Positions 18,388-27,737 of a DNA stretch of 64,000 nucleotides are shown here, piece by piece. Both the position numbers and the translations under genes were made by a program. Under the pieces are notes generated by a model. It had not been told where the DNA came from and searched no databases. It worked only from the letters and a program-made list of their open reading frames with translations. Numbering within the stretch: position 1 is the first letter of the stretch; every line of letters begins with the position of its first letter. Location: IMG/VR virus record IMGVR_UViG_3300044712_001084, positions 10,006 through 74,005 of that record; one strand, 5' to 3'. The DNA comes from a virus.

Positions 18388-19584
18388 TCATCCTCCAAGT
18401 TCACGATTCACTGTATTGATAATATCTCTAGCCACTGGCAGCGTGCCTTCTATAAACGCGTCACTTTTACCTAGTAAGCGCATATACATCTCAACCAGGG
18501 CATCCGGTGTCATACCAACGTTGAAGATATCCGCATCCATACGCGCACCATTATCGCGTTCATCCGATAGCGGAACCATGACAATACCTGCCATACTGAA
18601 TACGTGTTTATGCTCTAATGCGGTCAATATTTGCCGTTTATCCAGGCGCATTAGAGCCTCTTTGCTAGCCTGGACTATCACTTTGACAATCGCTCCATTC
18701 AAGGCAGCCAACTCCAACTTCTGTAACACTTTCTTGGTGGGATTATCGGCTTCCGTTTTGACGCGTATTGTTACATATGGCCTGGCATCCAACTCGATAT
18801 ATTCCCAGTCAGCGCGTCCTGGAGCGATATCGATAATGATAAATCCTTTGGGCTCTTTTTCCTCGTTGAAAGACACGCGTTCTATTGAGCCAGAGTAAAC
18901 CACTGGAGGATTATCATTGAGGCATTGATGGGTGTGTAAGTGACCTAGTGCTACATAATCCCATACGGTATCCGCTAACACGCCAATATCCACATCTGAT
19001 TCATCCTCTAGCACATAGCCACGCTCTACACCATAGCTAGCGCCAGATACAGAAAAATGACCCACTAAAATGGATGGCATAGTGTCATCGATACCTTCAC
19101 CAAGCGCATAGATAGCTTGCTCAGCCGTGACACGCAAATCCTCTTTGGCGCAATCTAGCGTGCGCCTGGATGGGTACGGTGCTGTAGCAACTTGTATAGG
19201 GCCAGACTTGGTATCAATAACATGAACCTCATAACGATTGCCAATTGTAACTCCCTCGATACCCAAGCTGCCGTATATCTCTATGGCGCTGGACGTTGGC
19301 GACATATCGTGATTACCAACCAGCATAACCAATGGCGCAATATTCTTTAGCCGTCTAACACGCTCTGCGAACGCTGTCTGATACATAGGGTGAGGGTTAT
19401 GGCGATGAAAGGCATCACCAGCGAATATTGATAAATCGACTTGCTCACTCTCAGCAAAGTCGATTATGGCATCAAGCGTATCCAAATAATCCAAGACACG
19501 TTCGCTCATTCCAGTAATTGGATCGATTGAACCAGCAGAGTCTACACCTATGTGGGCATCAGCAAAATGTAAGACTTTCATCAT
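18388..19584 (-). CDS. sbcD: SbcD/Mre11-family nuclease
   Basis: ADAHIG, AGDAF, GNHD, YVALGHLH, YSGSIER. Confidence 0.9.
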   Translation of the reverse strand: MMKVLHFADAHIGVDSAGSIDPITGMSERVLDYLDTLDAIIDFAESEQVDLSIFAGDAFHRHNPHPMYQTAFAERVRRLKNIAPLVMLVGNHDMSPTSSAIEIYGSLGIEGVTIGNRYEVHVIDTKSGPIQVATAPYPSRRTLDCAKEDLRVTAEQAIYALGEGIDDTMPSILVGHFSVSGASYGVERGYVLEDESDVDIGVLADTVWDYVALGHLHTHQCLNDNPPVVYSGSIERVSFNEEKEPKGFIIIDIAPGRADWEYIELDARPYVTIRVKTEADNPTKKVLQKLELAALNGAIVKVIVQASKEALMRLDKRQILTALEHKHVFSMAGIVMVPLSDERDNGARMDADIFNVGMTPDALVEMYMRLLGKSDAFIEGTLPVARDIINTVNRELGG

Positions 19585-19596
19585 CCAGCCCTTACA

Positions 19597-19634
19597 AATA
19601 ACCTGGTCAGGCTATATACTCTGACCAGGTTATT
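19597..19634 (-). terminator. intrinsic terminator after SSB
   Basis: 14-bp stem AATAACCTGGTCAG / CTGACCAGGTTATT. Confidence 0.7.
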
Positions 19635-19655
19635 ATCAAAAGGATGCGGGCGCAG

Positions 19656-20633
19656 CTAGCGTCTGGCGGACCTGCGTGCCATGCGGCTCTTGACGTCCGA
19701 ATTTACCGCTGAACGCTTGGCGGGACGCACTTCTTCCTCTTCCTCGTCCTCTTCGCTGGCGTCATCCTCAGTATCTTCATCCTCTTCTTCAGGCTCCGGC
19801 TCCGGTGCTGGCTTCTTGGCGTTGCGTGCAGCCGTGGCCGCTTGCTTGGCGTTATTGGATTTTGAGGGCTTCTCTTCCTCTTCGTCCGCAGAAACACCTT
19901 CATCCAGCTTGAGTTCCTTGATAATCCGATTGTACGGCAGGACATACAGCGCATGGCCGTCCGACAACTCTTTATCCTCGTTTGGATCTTCGGAGACCTC
20001 GACATAGCTCAGGTCTTTGGCTTTGTCCACCCATTCCTGGCTCAAGTCAGCGTCATCGGTCAGCGGAGTCGGCTTGGGCTTGGGTAACACCTCGTACTCG
20101 GTGTCCAGGCCAGAACCCTTGCGCACAATGGTAATATCGAAGCCCTCATTGAGGTCTGTAATATCGCCATAATCCGGATCTGAAATGAGGGTGATAAGCG
20201 AACCGAAGATCGTGGTACCTGGCGTGAAGATCATCGGTCCCTGGCTCTCCTGGCCGCGCACGATAACGTTCATCCACCAAGTGCGCCGCACACGCAGGTC
20301 GTTGGCCATGGCCTTCTGAGCCTTGTCGCCTGACTTCGACATCTGAGACACGATCTCACAAACCGGGCATTCCAGTTCACCCTCACTGGTGAAGTTGGGG
20401 CAGTACGCGTACTTCTTGCCGTCTGGAGGGAATGAGTGCTTCCCAACCTGCTGGAAAAAATACTGCATGGTGCCCACTTCCGGCAGGATGCGGATCACGT
20501 TGCGCCCTTCTTTGGGTGTCCAGAAACCTGAACTGCCACCCAAATCCATGCCCTTCATCTTACTGCGCAGTGCAGCCAAACGATCTTGCCCACCTGCGAC
20601 TGACTTGCCTTTAGCTAGCGGCTTGGTTGCCAT
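19656..20633 (-). CDS. single-stranded DNA-binding protein (gp32-like)
   Basis: FWTPKEGRNVIRILP, C...CPVC, YGDITD..GFD, acidic tail; located next to recombination genes. Confidence 0.8.
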   Translation of the reverse strand: MATKPLAKGKSVAGGQDRLAALRSKMKGMDLGGSSGFWTPKEGRNVIRILPEVGTMQYFFQQVGKHSFPPDGKKYAYCPNFTSEGELECPVCEIVSQMSKSGDKAQKAMANDLRVRRTWWMNVIVRGQESQGPMIFTPGTTIFGSLITLISDPDYGDITDLNEGFDITIVRKGSGLDTEYEVLPKPKPTPLTDDADLSQEWVDKAKDLSYVEVSEDPNEDKELSDGHALYVLPYNRIIKELKLDEGVSADEEEEKPSKSNNAKQAATAARNAKKPAPEPEPEEEDEDTEDDASEEDEEEEEVRPAKRSAVNSDVKSRMARRSARR

Positions 20634-20647
20634 TTACAGAACTCCTT

Positions 20648-20700
20648 GGTAAAAGTGGTGAAATATGTGATCAGGAATATCCCTGGGTAAAAGTGGTGAA
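20648..20700 (-). repeat. 15-bp direct repeat in the SSB leader
   Basis: GGTAAAAGTGGTGAA at 20648-20662 and 20686-20700. Confidence 0.85.
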
Positions 20701-20707
20701 TTCCTAG

Positions 20708-20727
20708 CTCTATAATAATAAACTTGC
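20708..20727 (-). promoter_or_regulatory. conserved phage promoter-like motif, copy 4
   Basis: GCAAGTTTATTATTATAGAG upstream of SSB. Confidence 0.7.
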
Positions 20728-20733
20728 TTTTTG

Positions 20734-21288
20734 TCATTTTCCACGCTTGGAGCGCATTATGGATTTGACATCGCTTATGCTCTGGTCCAGGTCATGAACC
20801 TCGTTGGAACGTATATTCATGCCAGTCATGTCCATTTCTTTACGCATCTGGGAGCCAAGTGAGATTAGCATATCAGCGCGTTGCTTCAGAGCATCAGTGA
20901 TAGCCTTTAGCAACTTGAACTGGTACTCAGCTTCAAAGTAGGCAGCTTGCTTCGCTATATACTCGGCATCGGTGGTGATACACGCTTTGACTTGCGGCTC
21001 AGTCATTTTCTGGTCGTTGACCGCTGCTGCTTCACGCACGGCTGAATCAGTGCGGGCATACTCGACATCTTTGTCAAAATCGGCTCTATTGCGATAATCC
21101 TCTGCCATGGACGTGAGCACTGCGAAGTGCCCATATAGAGCCGCTTGCTGCATGTATTCTTCGCTTAGCGCTTCGCCATTGACGTTGAGAAGCTCTATCG
21201 CGTTATATGCAGCGCGTTTACCGTCTGGGCCCATAACCGTGATGGTAAAGCCCTCGATAGCTTGAATAACTGGCTTGGCCTGTCCCAT
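20734..21288 (-). CDS. UvsY-like recombination mediator
   Basis: helical protein, KMTEPQVKACITTD..Y...LKQRADML; next to SSB and RecA. Confidence 0.55.
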   Translation of the reverse strand: MGQAKPVIQAIEGFTITVMGPDGKRAAYNAIELLNVNGEALSEEYMQQAALYGHFAVLTSMAEDYRNRADFDKDVEYARTDSAVREAAAVNDQKMTEPQVKACITTDAEYIAKQAAYFEAEYQFKLLKAITDALKQRADMLISLGSQMRKEMDMTGMNIRSNEVHDLDQSISDVKSIMRSKRGK

Positions 21289-21290
21289 GC

Positions 21291-21605
21291 CTAATCCTCC
21301 GACAATTCGTGGATATCATCCTCAATGATAATCCCTGCGTTGAGCAAGGCTTGTAAAATCTCTGCGCCAGTCTTGGTGCGCCACACGTCAGCGTTATCTG
21401 GGTTCTTGAAGAACTCGAATAATTCCATCAACTCACCCAAGGTGAACTGAATAGCGCTAACGTCTGCGCACTGCTGATGGTTCAAAGGTATCGTGGTGGG
21501 CTGCGCTCCATATTCCTCGGCATGCTGTTCGCATACCAGAGTGATATCGTAAGGTCCATCTTGGACATAGTGCGTAGCTGGATTTTGACAATTGATCAGT
21601 TTCAT
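21291..21605 (-). CDS. hypothetical protein
   Basis: 104 aa; GAGG SD. Confidence 0.6.
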   Translation of the reverse strand: MKLINCQNPATHYVQDGPYDITLVCEQHAEEYGAQPTTIPLNHQQCADVSAIQFTLGELMELFEFFKNPDNADVWRTKTGAEILQALLNAGIIIEDDIHELSED

Positions 21606-21617
21606 CGTAGCCTCTCT

Positions 21618-24308
21618 TTACATCAATGATAATTCTAGCGCCAACTCTTTATCGCAAGGCTGGCCATATTCCTCTAGCCATTCATCCAATCCCATCTCAG
21701 CGCCATAATGCGTACCAACCTCAATATCTGCCTTGAGTGGGGTTCTGAGCCAAGAAAAGTCCAGCCCAGGCGCATACTGGGCCGCGTAAGTGGCTACATT
21801 CTCCATAACGTCTTTGCATAATCCGGCATATGCTACAATCTCATGTCGTGGAGAGTCTGCCACCAACGAGTCATGTACTGTATTTACTAGCTTAGAATAC
21901 AGTCCAGTGTCTCGCAACTTACGATCTATTATTGTCAAGGCAGTCAATAACGTGTCGCTGGCAGCCGATTGAACTGGCATGTTGACGGCTGCGCGCCTGT
22001 CTTTATTCTGGAAGCCTCTATCGCGTGGATCATTGATATATGGCAAGTGCTCACGTCTTCCAAAGGGTGATTCAATATAACCATTATCCTCTGCGAAGCT
22101 CTGCGTCCACTTACGATAATCCAGTACCTCTGGAAAGATATCGTAATATATCTCAACTGTTTCCTCGGCATCCTCTAGAGGGATATCGTACAGCCTGTGG
22201 AGCGTATAAGCATCGCCACCATATAGCAACGTCCAGTTTGTCCATTTATAGCGATAGCGCACTGGCTTGGGCAGAGCCTTTATTTCACCATCTTCGACAT
22301 CAAACGGAGATTTATGCGTCATGGCCATAATAGCCACGACTGAATGAAAATCCTTGCCTGACTTGATGATATCGATCATGGGCTGGCAATTAGCCAGTGA
22401 GGCAAACACCCGCAATTCCATACCAGAATAGTCCGCTGCCACGAGTGCGCCGCTATCATAGATATTATCATATACAGGCCACGGATTGTACCCAAAGATA
22501 TCAGCAAAGACCTCTAGCCAATCGGAATGCGTGAATACATTCTTGATAGGCATATGCTCCAGTATCGTACCCGGCTCTTTCTCTGGAGTGGGTATGTTTT
22601 GGAGATTCAATGGCCTGGATGATGATAACCGTCCAGTAACCGTGCCATGCTGATTATAGGTCGTGCGCACTTTACCATCGCTAGATGACCACTTACCTTC
22701 GGCTGCTGGCCGCAAGTAAGTTCCCAGCATCTTAGACAATAACTTGTAATAACGAATTTTGTACAAGATGGGGTGCTTGGACTCTAGCGGACGATAGGAT
22801 TTTGACGAGGTGGTTGGTGCTCCAGACTTCGTTTTGCCCACCTCTGGTAATTTGTAGTGTAAGAAGTACAAATCGCGTAATTGATTGGCAGAGCCTGGAT
22901 TGAAAATATACGGCTTGGGCTGGCGCTTCTTACCAACGCTATCTTGCCGTAATTTTTTATTCACCTTGCTCATCATACTCTTTACTTTGGGATCATCCAA
23001 AACCACTTGGAAGGCTTTATCGCGCAATAGCTCGTATATTCCAGCATAGCGCTTAGCCACGTAAGCATCCAATGGCAATCCGTTGCTCTGGATATGACGC
23101 AAAGCATTAGTGGCCGCCACCACTAACTCATGGTATAAAGTCTTTTGCGTATCCGATAATTCTGGATACAACTTGCGCTCCAACTGAAGCGTAGCCCAAG
23201 AGTCTTTGGCACCATAAGGTAATAGAATATCCAACGGTATTTTAGCGTAACTGCCACCGCGTTCTGGATTAGCCTCTGGGTGCTGCTTCTTATATACCTC
23301 TAGCTCTGAATCATAATCATACATTCCCAAGTGAACGCCAGCAAGACGTTTCAACCCATGTACACCCTGTCTAGAGTCCAGCAAATGACTGATTAGCATC
23401 GTATCACCGCCAGCGTCCACGTCTATACCCAACCTGGCGCTAACGTGCATCAAGTCAAACTTTACATTATGCCCAGATAAATGACCGCTATGGCTCTGGA
23501 ATATATCGCGCAATATTGTCTTTAGCTTAGCATTACCTAGAAACCACGACTCAGGGTGATCCACAGGCAGAGAGTACGCTACACTCCCGGCTGCGAATGA
23601 CAATGATAATAGTAAGCTACCATCCAAATATGGATCAAGTGTAGAGGTCTCAACGTCAAACGTAATATCAGTGTGCTGGGCTAGATAGCCTTGCATAGCT
23701 TTGACCTCTGCCAACGTCTCTGGATATATGTATTGACAATCCTCTCGTTGCTCAGCGTCAATCGCGTTGGTGATAGCTTCTAGCCATTCATCCATGTGGC
23801 TAGAGTCACGCAAAATATAGGCTGGGTGATAAAGAGGCACAAAGCGCACAGTGAATTTGTCGCCATAGCCGTCTTCCACCTCTTTATCGATAATAGAGCC
23901 GTGCCAGTTTGTAATACCATTCTCACCCAGCACGCCAGATAATGCGCTGCCACCCATCAAAAACACCAAGGCTGGCTTATAATCGAGGATATCTTGCAGC
24001 GCAAATCGACTGCAATGATTCATCGCCATCTTGGTGATCTTGTTGTCTGGTGGGCGGCAGCGCACCACGTTCGTGAAGCGCACGTCAGCGTCAACGTCAA
24101 ATAATTCCTCTAATACCTGGCGCAGTAAGGCACCCGACTTGCCTACAAAAGGTTGACCCTGGCGGTCCTCATCCTCTCCAGGTGCCTCACCGATAACCAG
24201 CAATCCAGGCTCTTCAGAGCCGTATGACTCCATGAACGGTGTCTTACAACCCTGCCACAGATCGCATTTGACGCATATATCGTTGCGCTTACCTGGCCGC
24301 TTGGTCAT
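21618..24308 (-). CDS. polA: family A DNA polymerase with N-terminal family-4 uracil-DNA-glycosylase-like domain
   Basis: CxxC, GEAPG..ED..G.PFVG, HPAY (UDG); FDVET (3'-5' exo); TGRLSS, DYSGMELR, VHDS (pol). Confidence 0.93.
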   Translation of the reverse strand: MTKRPGKRNDICVKCDLWQGCKTPFMESYGSEEPGLLVIGEAPGEDEDRQGQPFVGKSGALLRQVLEELFDVDADVRFTNVVRCRPPDNKITKMAMNHCSRFALQDILDYKPALVFLMGGSALSGVLGENGITNWHGSIIDKEVEDGYGDKFTVRFVPLYHPAYILRDSSHMDEWLEAITNAIDAEQREDCQYIYPETLAEVKAMQGYLAQHTDITFDVETSTLDPYLDGSLLLSLSFAAGSVAYSLPVDHPESWFLGNAKLKTILRDIFQSHSGHLSGHNVKFDLMHVSARLGIDVDAGGDTMLISHLLDSRQGVHGLKRLAGVHLGMYDYDSELEVYKKQHPEANPERGGSYAKIPLDILLPYGAKDSWATLQLERKLYPELSDTQKTLYHELVVAATNALRHIQSNGLPLDAYVAKRYAGIYELLRDKAFQVVLDDPKVKSMMSKVNKKLRQDSVGKKRQPKPYIFNPGSANQLRDLYFLHYKLPEVGKTKSGAPTTSSKSYRPLESKHPILYKIRYYKLLSKMLGTYLRPAAEGKWSSSDGKVRTTYNQHGTVTGRLSSSRPLNLQNIPTPEKEPGTILEHMPIKNVFTHSDWLEVFADIFGYNPWPVYDNIYDSGALVAADYSGMELRVFASLANCQPMIDIIKSGKDFHSVVAIMAMTHKSPFDVEDGEIKALPKPVRYRYKWTNWTLLYGGDAYTLHRLYDIPLEDAEETVEIYYDIFPEVLDYRKWTQSFAEDNGYIESPFGRREHLPYINDPRDRGFQNKDRRAAVNMPVQSAASDTLLTALTIIDRKLRDTGLYSKLVNTVHDSLVADSPRHEIVAYAGLCKDVMENVATYAAQYAPGLDFSWLRTPLKADIEVGTHYGAEMGLDEWLEEYGQPCDKELALELSLM

Positions 24309-24886
24309 TTGGAACTGTAATAATCGTAGTACCACTGAATAAGAACTGCGTCATCCTCCAGCGTGGGCGCATCTGATACGGTGGCACGAATCCGCTGGGC
24401 CAGTTCAGGCTCGTTGAATTCTTCCTTTACCGTGTCTGCGCCAGACAATACGCGCATGATAATATAGCTGCGTACGTCCTGGAGTAATTGCGATTGTCCA
24501 TCATCTAAACTGCGCAGAATCAACTCTGGGAACAATACTGGCGCGTGCCAGTGGGACACCTTGGAGAATTTATCCATAAGATTATCGGACACCTTATGGA
24601 CAACCTCTTGCTCATATTCCCAGCGCAGCCGCAATAGGGCCAGCAACCCATAGGCCACGGTGTCGCGCATCGTTTCCTCGATATCCTCGTCAGCCACCAT
24701 AGCCTTGCGCCCATCAGATAACGTCTCCAACCGTGTGAGTTTATCCTTGATGCGGATCAATGGAGTGAAAATACCGTTGGCTTGCCAGGCATCGCCATAA
24801 TCAGCGTTCTTCTTGATAATCGTGTCCAGTAAACCGTCCACGATGGTTTGCAAGGCTTCTTTAGTAACATTCACTTTATCGCTCAT
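24305..24886 (-). CDS. nucleotide-modification-associated (DUF1599/Nmad1-like) protein
   Basis: KKNADYGDAW...IRIKDKLTRL...ETMRDTVAYGLL. Confidence 0.7.
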   Translation of the reverse strand: MSDKVNVTKEALQTIVDGLLDTIIKKNADYGDAWQANGIFTPLIRIKDKLTRLETLSDGRKAMVADEDIEETMRDTVAYGLLALLRLRWEYEQEVVHKVSDNLMDKFSKVSHWHAPVLFPELILRSLDDGQSQLLQDVRSYIIMRVLSGADTVKEEFNEPELAQRIRATVSDAPTLEDDAVLIQWYYDYYSSK

Positions 24887-25149
24887 AATACTGGTTTCCT
24901 TTTCGTGATAAATATCCTGGGCGTGCGATTGGATTTGTAAACGGTACCCAGCCCAAAGTGGCACGATGGCATAGCCGTCTCCACGCACTTCATATTACCT
25001 AGCTGTGCCATGGCCTCACCTTTAGCTCTATCCTCGCCACGCACCAATAACCATTGCGGCTGATATCCCACACGCTCTATGAAAGACTTCTTGGCCGCTG
25101 CCAACGAGTCTGAAGTCAATCCATGTTTGTCATAGTACATTTTGAACAT
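24883..25149 (-). CDS. hypothetical protein
   Basis: lies between a promoter motif and the Nmad1-like gene; start uncertain. Confidence 0.55.
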   Translation of the reverse strand: MFKMYYDKHGLTSDSLAAAKKSFIERVGYQPQWLLVRGEDRAKGEAMAQLGNMKCVETAMPSCHFGLGTVYKSNRTPRIFITKRKPVL

Positions 25150-25173
25150 AGTCACCGTCCACAACTAGGTTAG

Positions 25174-25193
25174 CTCTATATTACTAAACTTGC
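25174..25193 (-). promoter_or_regulatory. conserved phage promoter-like motif, copy 5
   Basis: GCAAGTTTAGTAATATAGAG, identical to copy 6. Confidence 0.75.
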
Positions 25194-25387
25194 GGGTGAC
25201 GTATGCCTGGATATACAACTGGTTGCCTGTAGATAGCCGTGGGACATTTGGAAGCGTGCTTTAGCCATTGCCAGGCATGGCACGTCTCGCAATACACTTG
25301 CGGGAACTGGGCTGTTAGCTCAGCTATGCGTTGCGGAGACGTAACCCAAGTCACTTTTCCATGGGACATCAGCCTGCATCTGTGCAT
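25184..25387 (-). CDS. small Cys/His protein
   Basis: 67 aa; CETCH...H..KC; fills the intergenic gap. Confidence 0.4.
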   Translation of the reverse strand: MHRCRLMSHGKVTWVTSPQRIAELTAQFPQVYCETCHAWQWLKHASKCPTAIYRQPVVYPGIRHPQV

Positions 25388-25392
25388 ACGAT

Positions 25393-26280
25393 CTACCTAA
25401 GTTGCGGTGGCACGAATTTGGAACGCGGCTTGCCTTCGCCAGTCAGAACGCGCATATATTTATCCCATTCGCATAACGAGTGTTCCACGTCTCGCATTTC
25501 CAGTGGATCCATCCAGTAGGCTAGATACTCCGGTGACAGTTCTAGCAAGGTCCGCATTGCCATTATACACTCTGCACGGCTTGGAAAGTCTTTGGTACCA
25601 TGTCTAGCGTCTTGACCCATCAAGCGCACAATCCCTCGAATGGCTCCGGGACCAGGATTTGCCCAAGTCAATATATCGGCTGCGTTGCATAGATAACGCG
25701 TCCAGCGCAAATCGGTGATAACCTCGTAAGTGATAAAGTGGCCGTATCCAGGCACTTTACCGTCTAGCCGATTGAACGCCATTTCTAGCGTATCTCCTGG
25801 TTGCGGCTCTAGCTCTCTGCGTTTATTCCACAGAATAGCAAACGATATATTGAAAATCTGTTCAATCTTGGTTGGCGGCATGTAACCACTAGCGTCCCGA
25901 ATGTTACCGCACAGCATATGAGCGCCAGTGAAAATCTGACCGCCAGAGGCTCTGCGCTGAAACATGTGCTGCGTATAGCGGTCAGCGTCATAATCCTCGA
26001 TATAACCCAAGGCTTGCTGCGTCTCGATTAGGTTATACCGTCTATAGGCAGCGATGTTGAAAAACAGTTCAGGATGCGCTGCGTACGGCTCCCTAATGGC
26101 CTCCCGGCAATGAACTGTGCCACGGTCAAGCTCTCTGTATACATTAGTGAATTTATACGTCTGAAGTATCGGGTCAAGTGTCCATGGCCAAGGATGACCG
26201 TTCGCACGCCTGAGATACACGGCATGGCGTTCATTCATGAATTCAAAGAACTGCTGGATATTGTCACTAAGTAATTCCAT
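25393..26280 (-). CDS. aGPT-PPase clade-1-like base-hypermodification protein
   Basis: ERH..Y.RR..G..WPWT.DPILQTYKFTNVYRELDRGT; GPGAIRG; EHSLCEWDKY. Confidence 0.85.
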   Translation of the reverse strand: MELLSDNIQQFFEFMNERHAVYLRRANGHPWPWTLDPILQTYKFTNVYRELDRGTVHCREAIREPYAAHPELFFNIAAYRRYNLIETQQALGYIEDYDADRYTQHMFQRRASGGQIFTGAHMLCGNIRDASGYMPPTKIEQIFNISFAILWNKRRELEPQPGDTLEMAFNRLDGKVPGYGHFITYEVITDLRWTRYLCNAADILTWANPGPGAIRGIVRLMGQDARHGTKDFPSRAECIMAMRTLLELSPEYLAYWMDPLEMRDVEHSLCEWDKYMRVLTGEGKPRSKFVPPQLR

Positions 26281-26296
26281 AAAGCCCTCTCTAATG

Positions 26297-26331
26297 CTAG
26301 TGCCCCCAAGTATAGCTACTGGGGGCACTAG
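26297..26331 (-). terminator. hairpin terminator
   Basis: 12-bp stem CTAGTGCCCCCA / TGGGGGCACTAG. Confidence 0.65.
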
Positions 26332-26356
26332 TCACGTACCTGGCGCTGGCTAGAGG

Positions 26357-27199
26357 CTAGCCGCGCACCGCATCACGCTGCTTGCGCGTCTGGTATTCAG
26401 GCTTGTACTTTTCCACGCCCATGTGTTCGCGCATGGCCTGGGTCAGCCGAATCATGTTGACGCGTTCGTCTTTGTCATCTTCCCACTTCACACCCTCTTT
26501 CTTGGCGCGATTGCGCTTTTCAGCGGCAGTGAGTTGATTCCATTCCTCGTCAAACTTGAGGTACTCCTGCGTGCAGACCTCTTCGAGGTAGGCTTTGCCA
26601 GTCAGCTTGCCGGCAGCGCTAGCGGCAGCGCGTCCAGAGGCAGGGCCAACCGTCCATTTACCATCAGCCGTCTTGGTGATGACGATCACCTGACCAGTGC
26701 TCATGGCTTCCATCATAGCGGGCAGCAATTCTTCCATGACCTGGCTGGACACGGTTTTGAGTTTCAGGCTGGGAGCGGCAACTTTGGCTGGCGCTTCTTC
26801 AACCACGTCTTCTTCCACAACCGGGTCCGGCTCAACGATCTTGGCCACAGGCTTGGCGGCTGGCTTCACGGCAACTTTGGCGGCTGGCGGAGGCACAACG
26901 ACTTTCTTGGCGGGAGCGGCTGGAGGCTCAACCTTCGCGGCTGGCTTGGCGGCTGGCTTGGCGGCAACTGGCGGCACAACAACTTTCTTAGTGGAGACGG
27001 TGGGAACCACTGCCTTCTTGGTCGGCTTGGCGGGAGGCTCAGGCTCTTCTTCCTCGTCAGCGTCATCCGCTTCGGCATCATCTTCTTCGACATCCACATC
27101 GATGTCTTCCGGCTCAACCTGGGTGTCCAGGACTTCTTCCACTTCTTCCTCTTCCACAGGCTTGGAAGCAGGTTTGCCAATACGTCTTCGAACTACCAT
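26357..27199 (-). CDS. low-complexity acidic and PAAK-repeat protein
   Basis: Glu/Asp tract, then Pro/Ala/Lys/Val repeats, then a globular C-terminus; strong GC3 bias. Confidence 0.7.
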   Translation of the reverse strand: MVVRRRIGKPASKPVEEEEVEEVLDTQVEPEDIDVDVEEDDAEADDADEEEEPEPPAKPTKKAVVPTVSTKKVVVPPVAAKPAAKPAAKVEPPAAPAKKVVVPPPAAKVAVKPAAKPVAKIVEPDPVVEEDVVEEAPAKVAAPSLKLKTVSSQVMEELLPAMMEAMSTGQVIVITKTADGKWTVGPASGRAAASAAGKLTGKAYLEEVCTQEYLKFDEEWNQLTAAEKRNRAKKEGVKWEDDKDERVNMIRLTQAMREHMGVEKYKPEYQTRKQRDAVRG

Positions 27200-27212
27200 G
27201 ATAATCCTCTCT

Positions 27213-27737
27213 TTACGCAATCTTCTTAGCTGTCTTGGGCATCGCTAGCACGCAGAACGCGGCTTCGATACACACTTTACATTCTTCGCTATGCGGCTCA
27301 AAATACTTTCCAAAACATTCTGGCCTATTGGCCTCACGGCTCTGGCGGCATAGCGTAGCAACCTTGCACTTGCGACACGCTGGGTCTTTGTCATCCTCGA
27401 ATGCGAAGCAATCGGGCATTTTATCCTGCGTGGCGCTAACGTTCAGCGACTTGCTGGCACCGGATACGTCTGCTGCTGTATTATCATCCCCCATCTCAAG
27501 AATGTTACCATCTTCATCTGTCAACGCAGCCGATATGCAAAACTCAGCTAGCGTCTCGGAACACTCTTGAAATTCTGGTACACCCTCCTCAATTAGATTG
27601 TCATAAATAGCCTTGGCCAGTTTCTTGGCAGTGGTAGCCTCTGGAGACACGTGCATGCCTAATTCCTCGGCAACCGCCATAAGCTCATCCTTGCGAAAGT
27701 CTTTGACCAGAGTGGTAATATCCTCGTTAGTGAGCAT
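27213..27737 (-). CDS. Cys-rich hypothetical protein
   Basis: tandem CF....D...C..C....C repeats at the C-terminus. Confidence 0.65.
   Translation of the reverse strand: MLTNEDITTLVKDFRKDELMAVAEELGMHVSPEATTAKKLAKAIYDNLIEEGVPEFQECSETLAEFCISAALTDEDGNILEMGDDNTAADVSGASKSLNVSATQDKMPDCFAFEDDKDPACRKCKVATLCRQSREANRPECFGKYFEPHSEECKVCIEAAFCVLAMPKTAKKIA

Noticed and set aside
26423-27248. Long plus-strand ORFs (268 and 183 aa)
   Set aside because: Antisense shadows of a codon-biased low-complexity gene; the same applies to the + ORFs opposite the capsid, scaffold and SSB genes.
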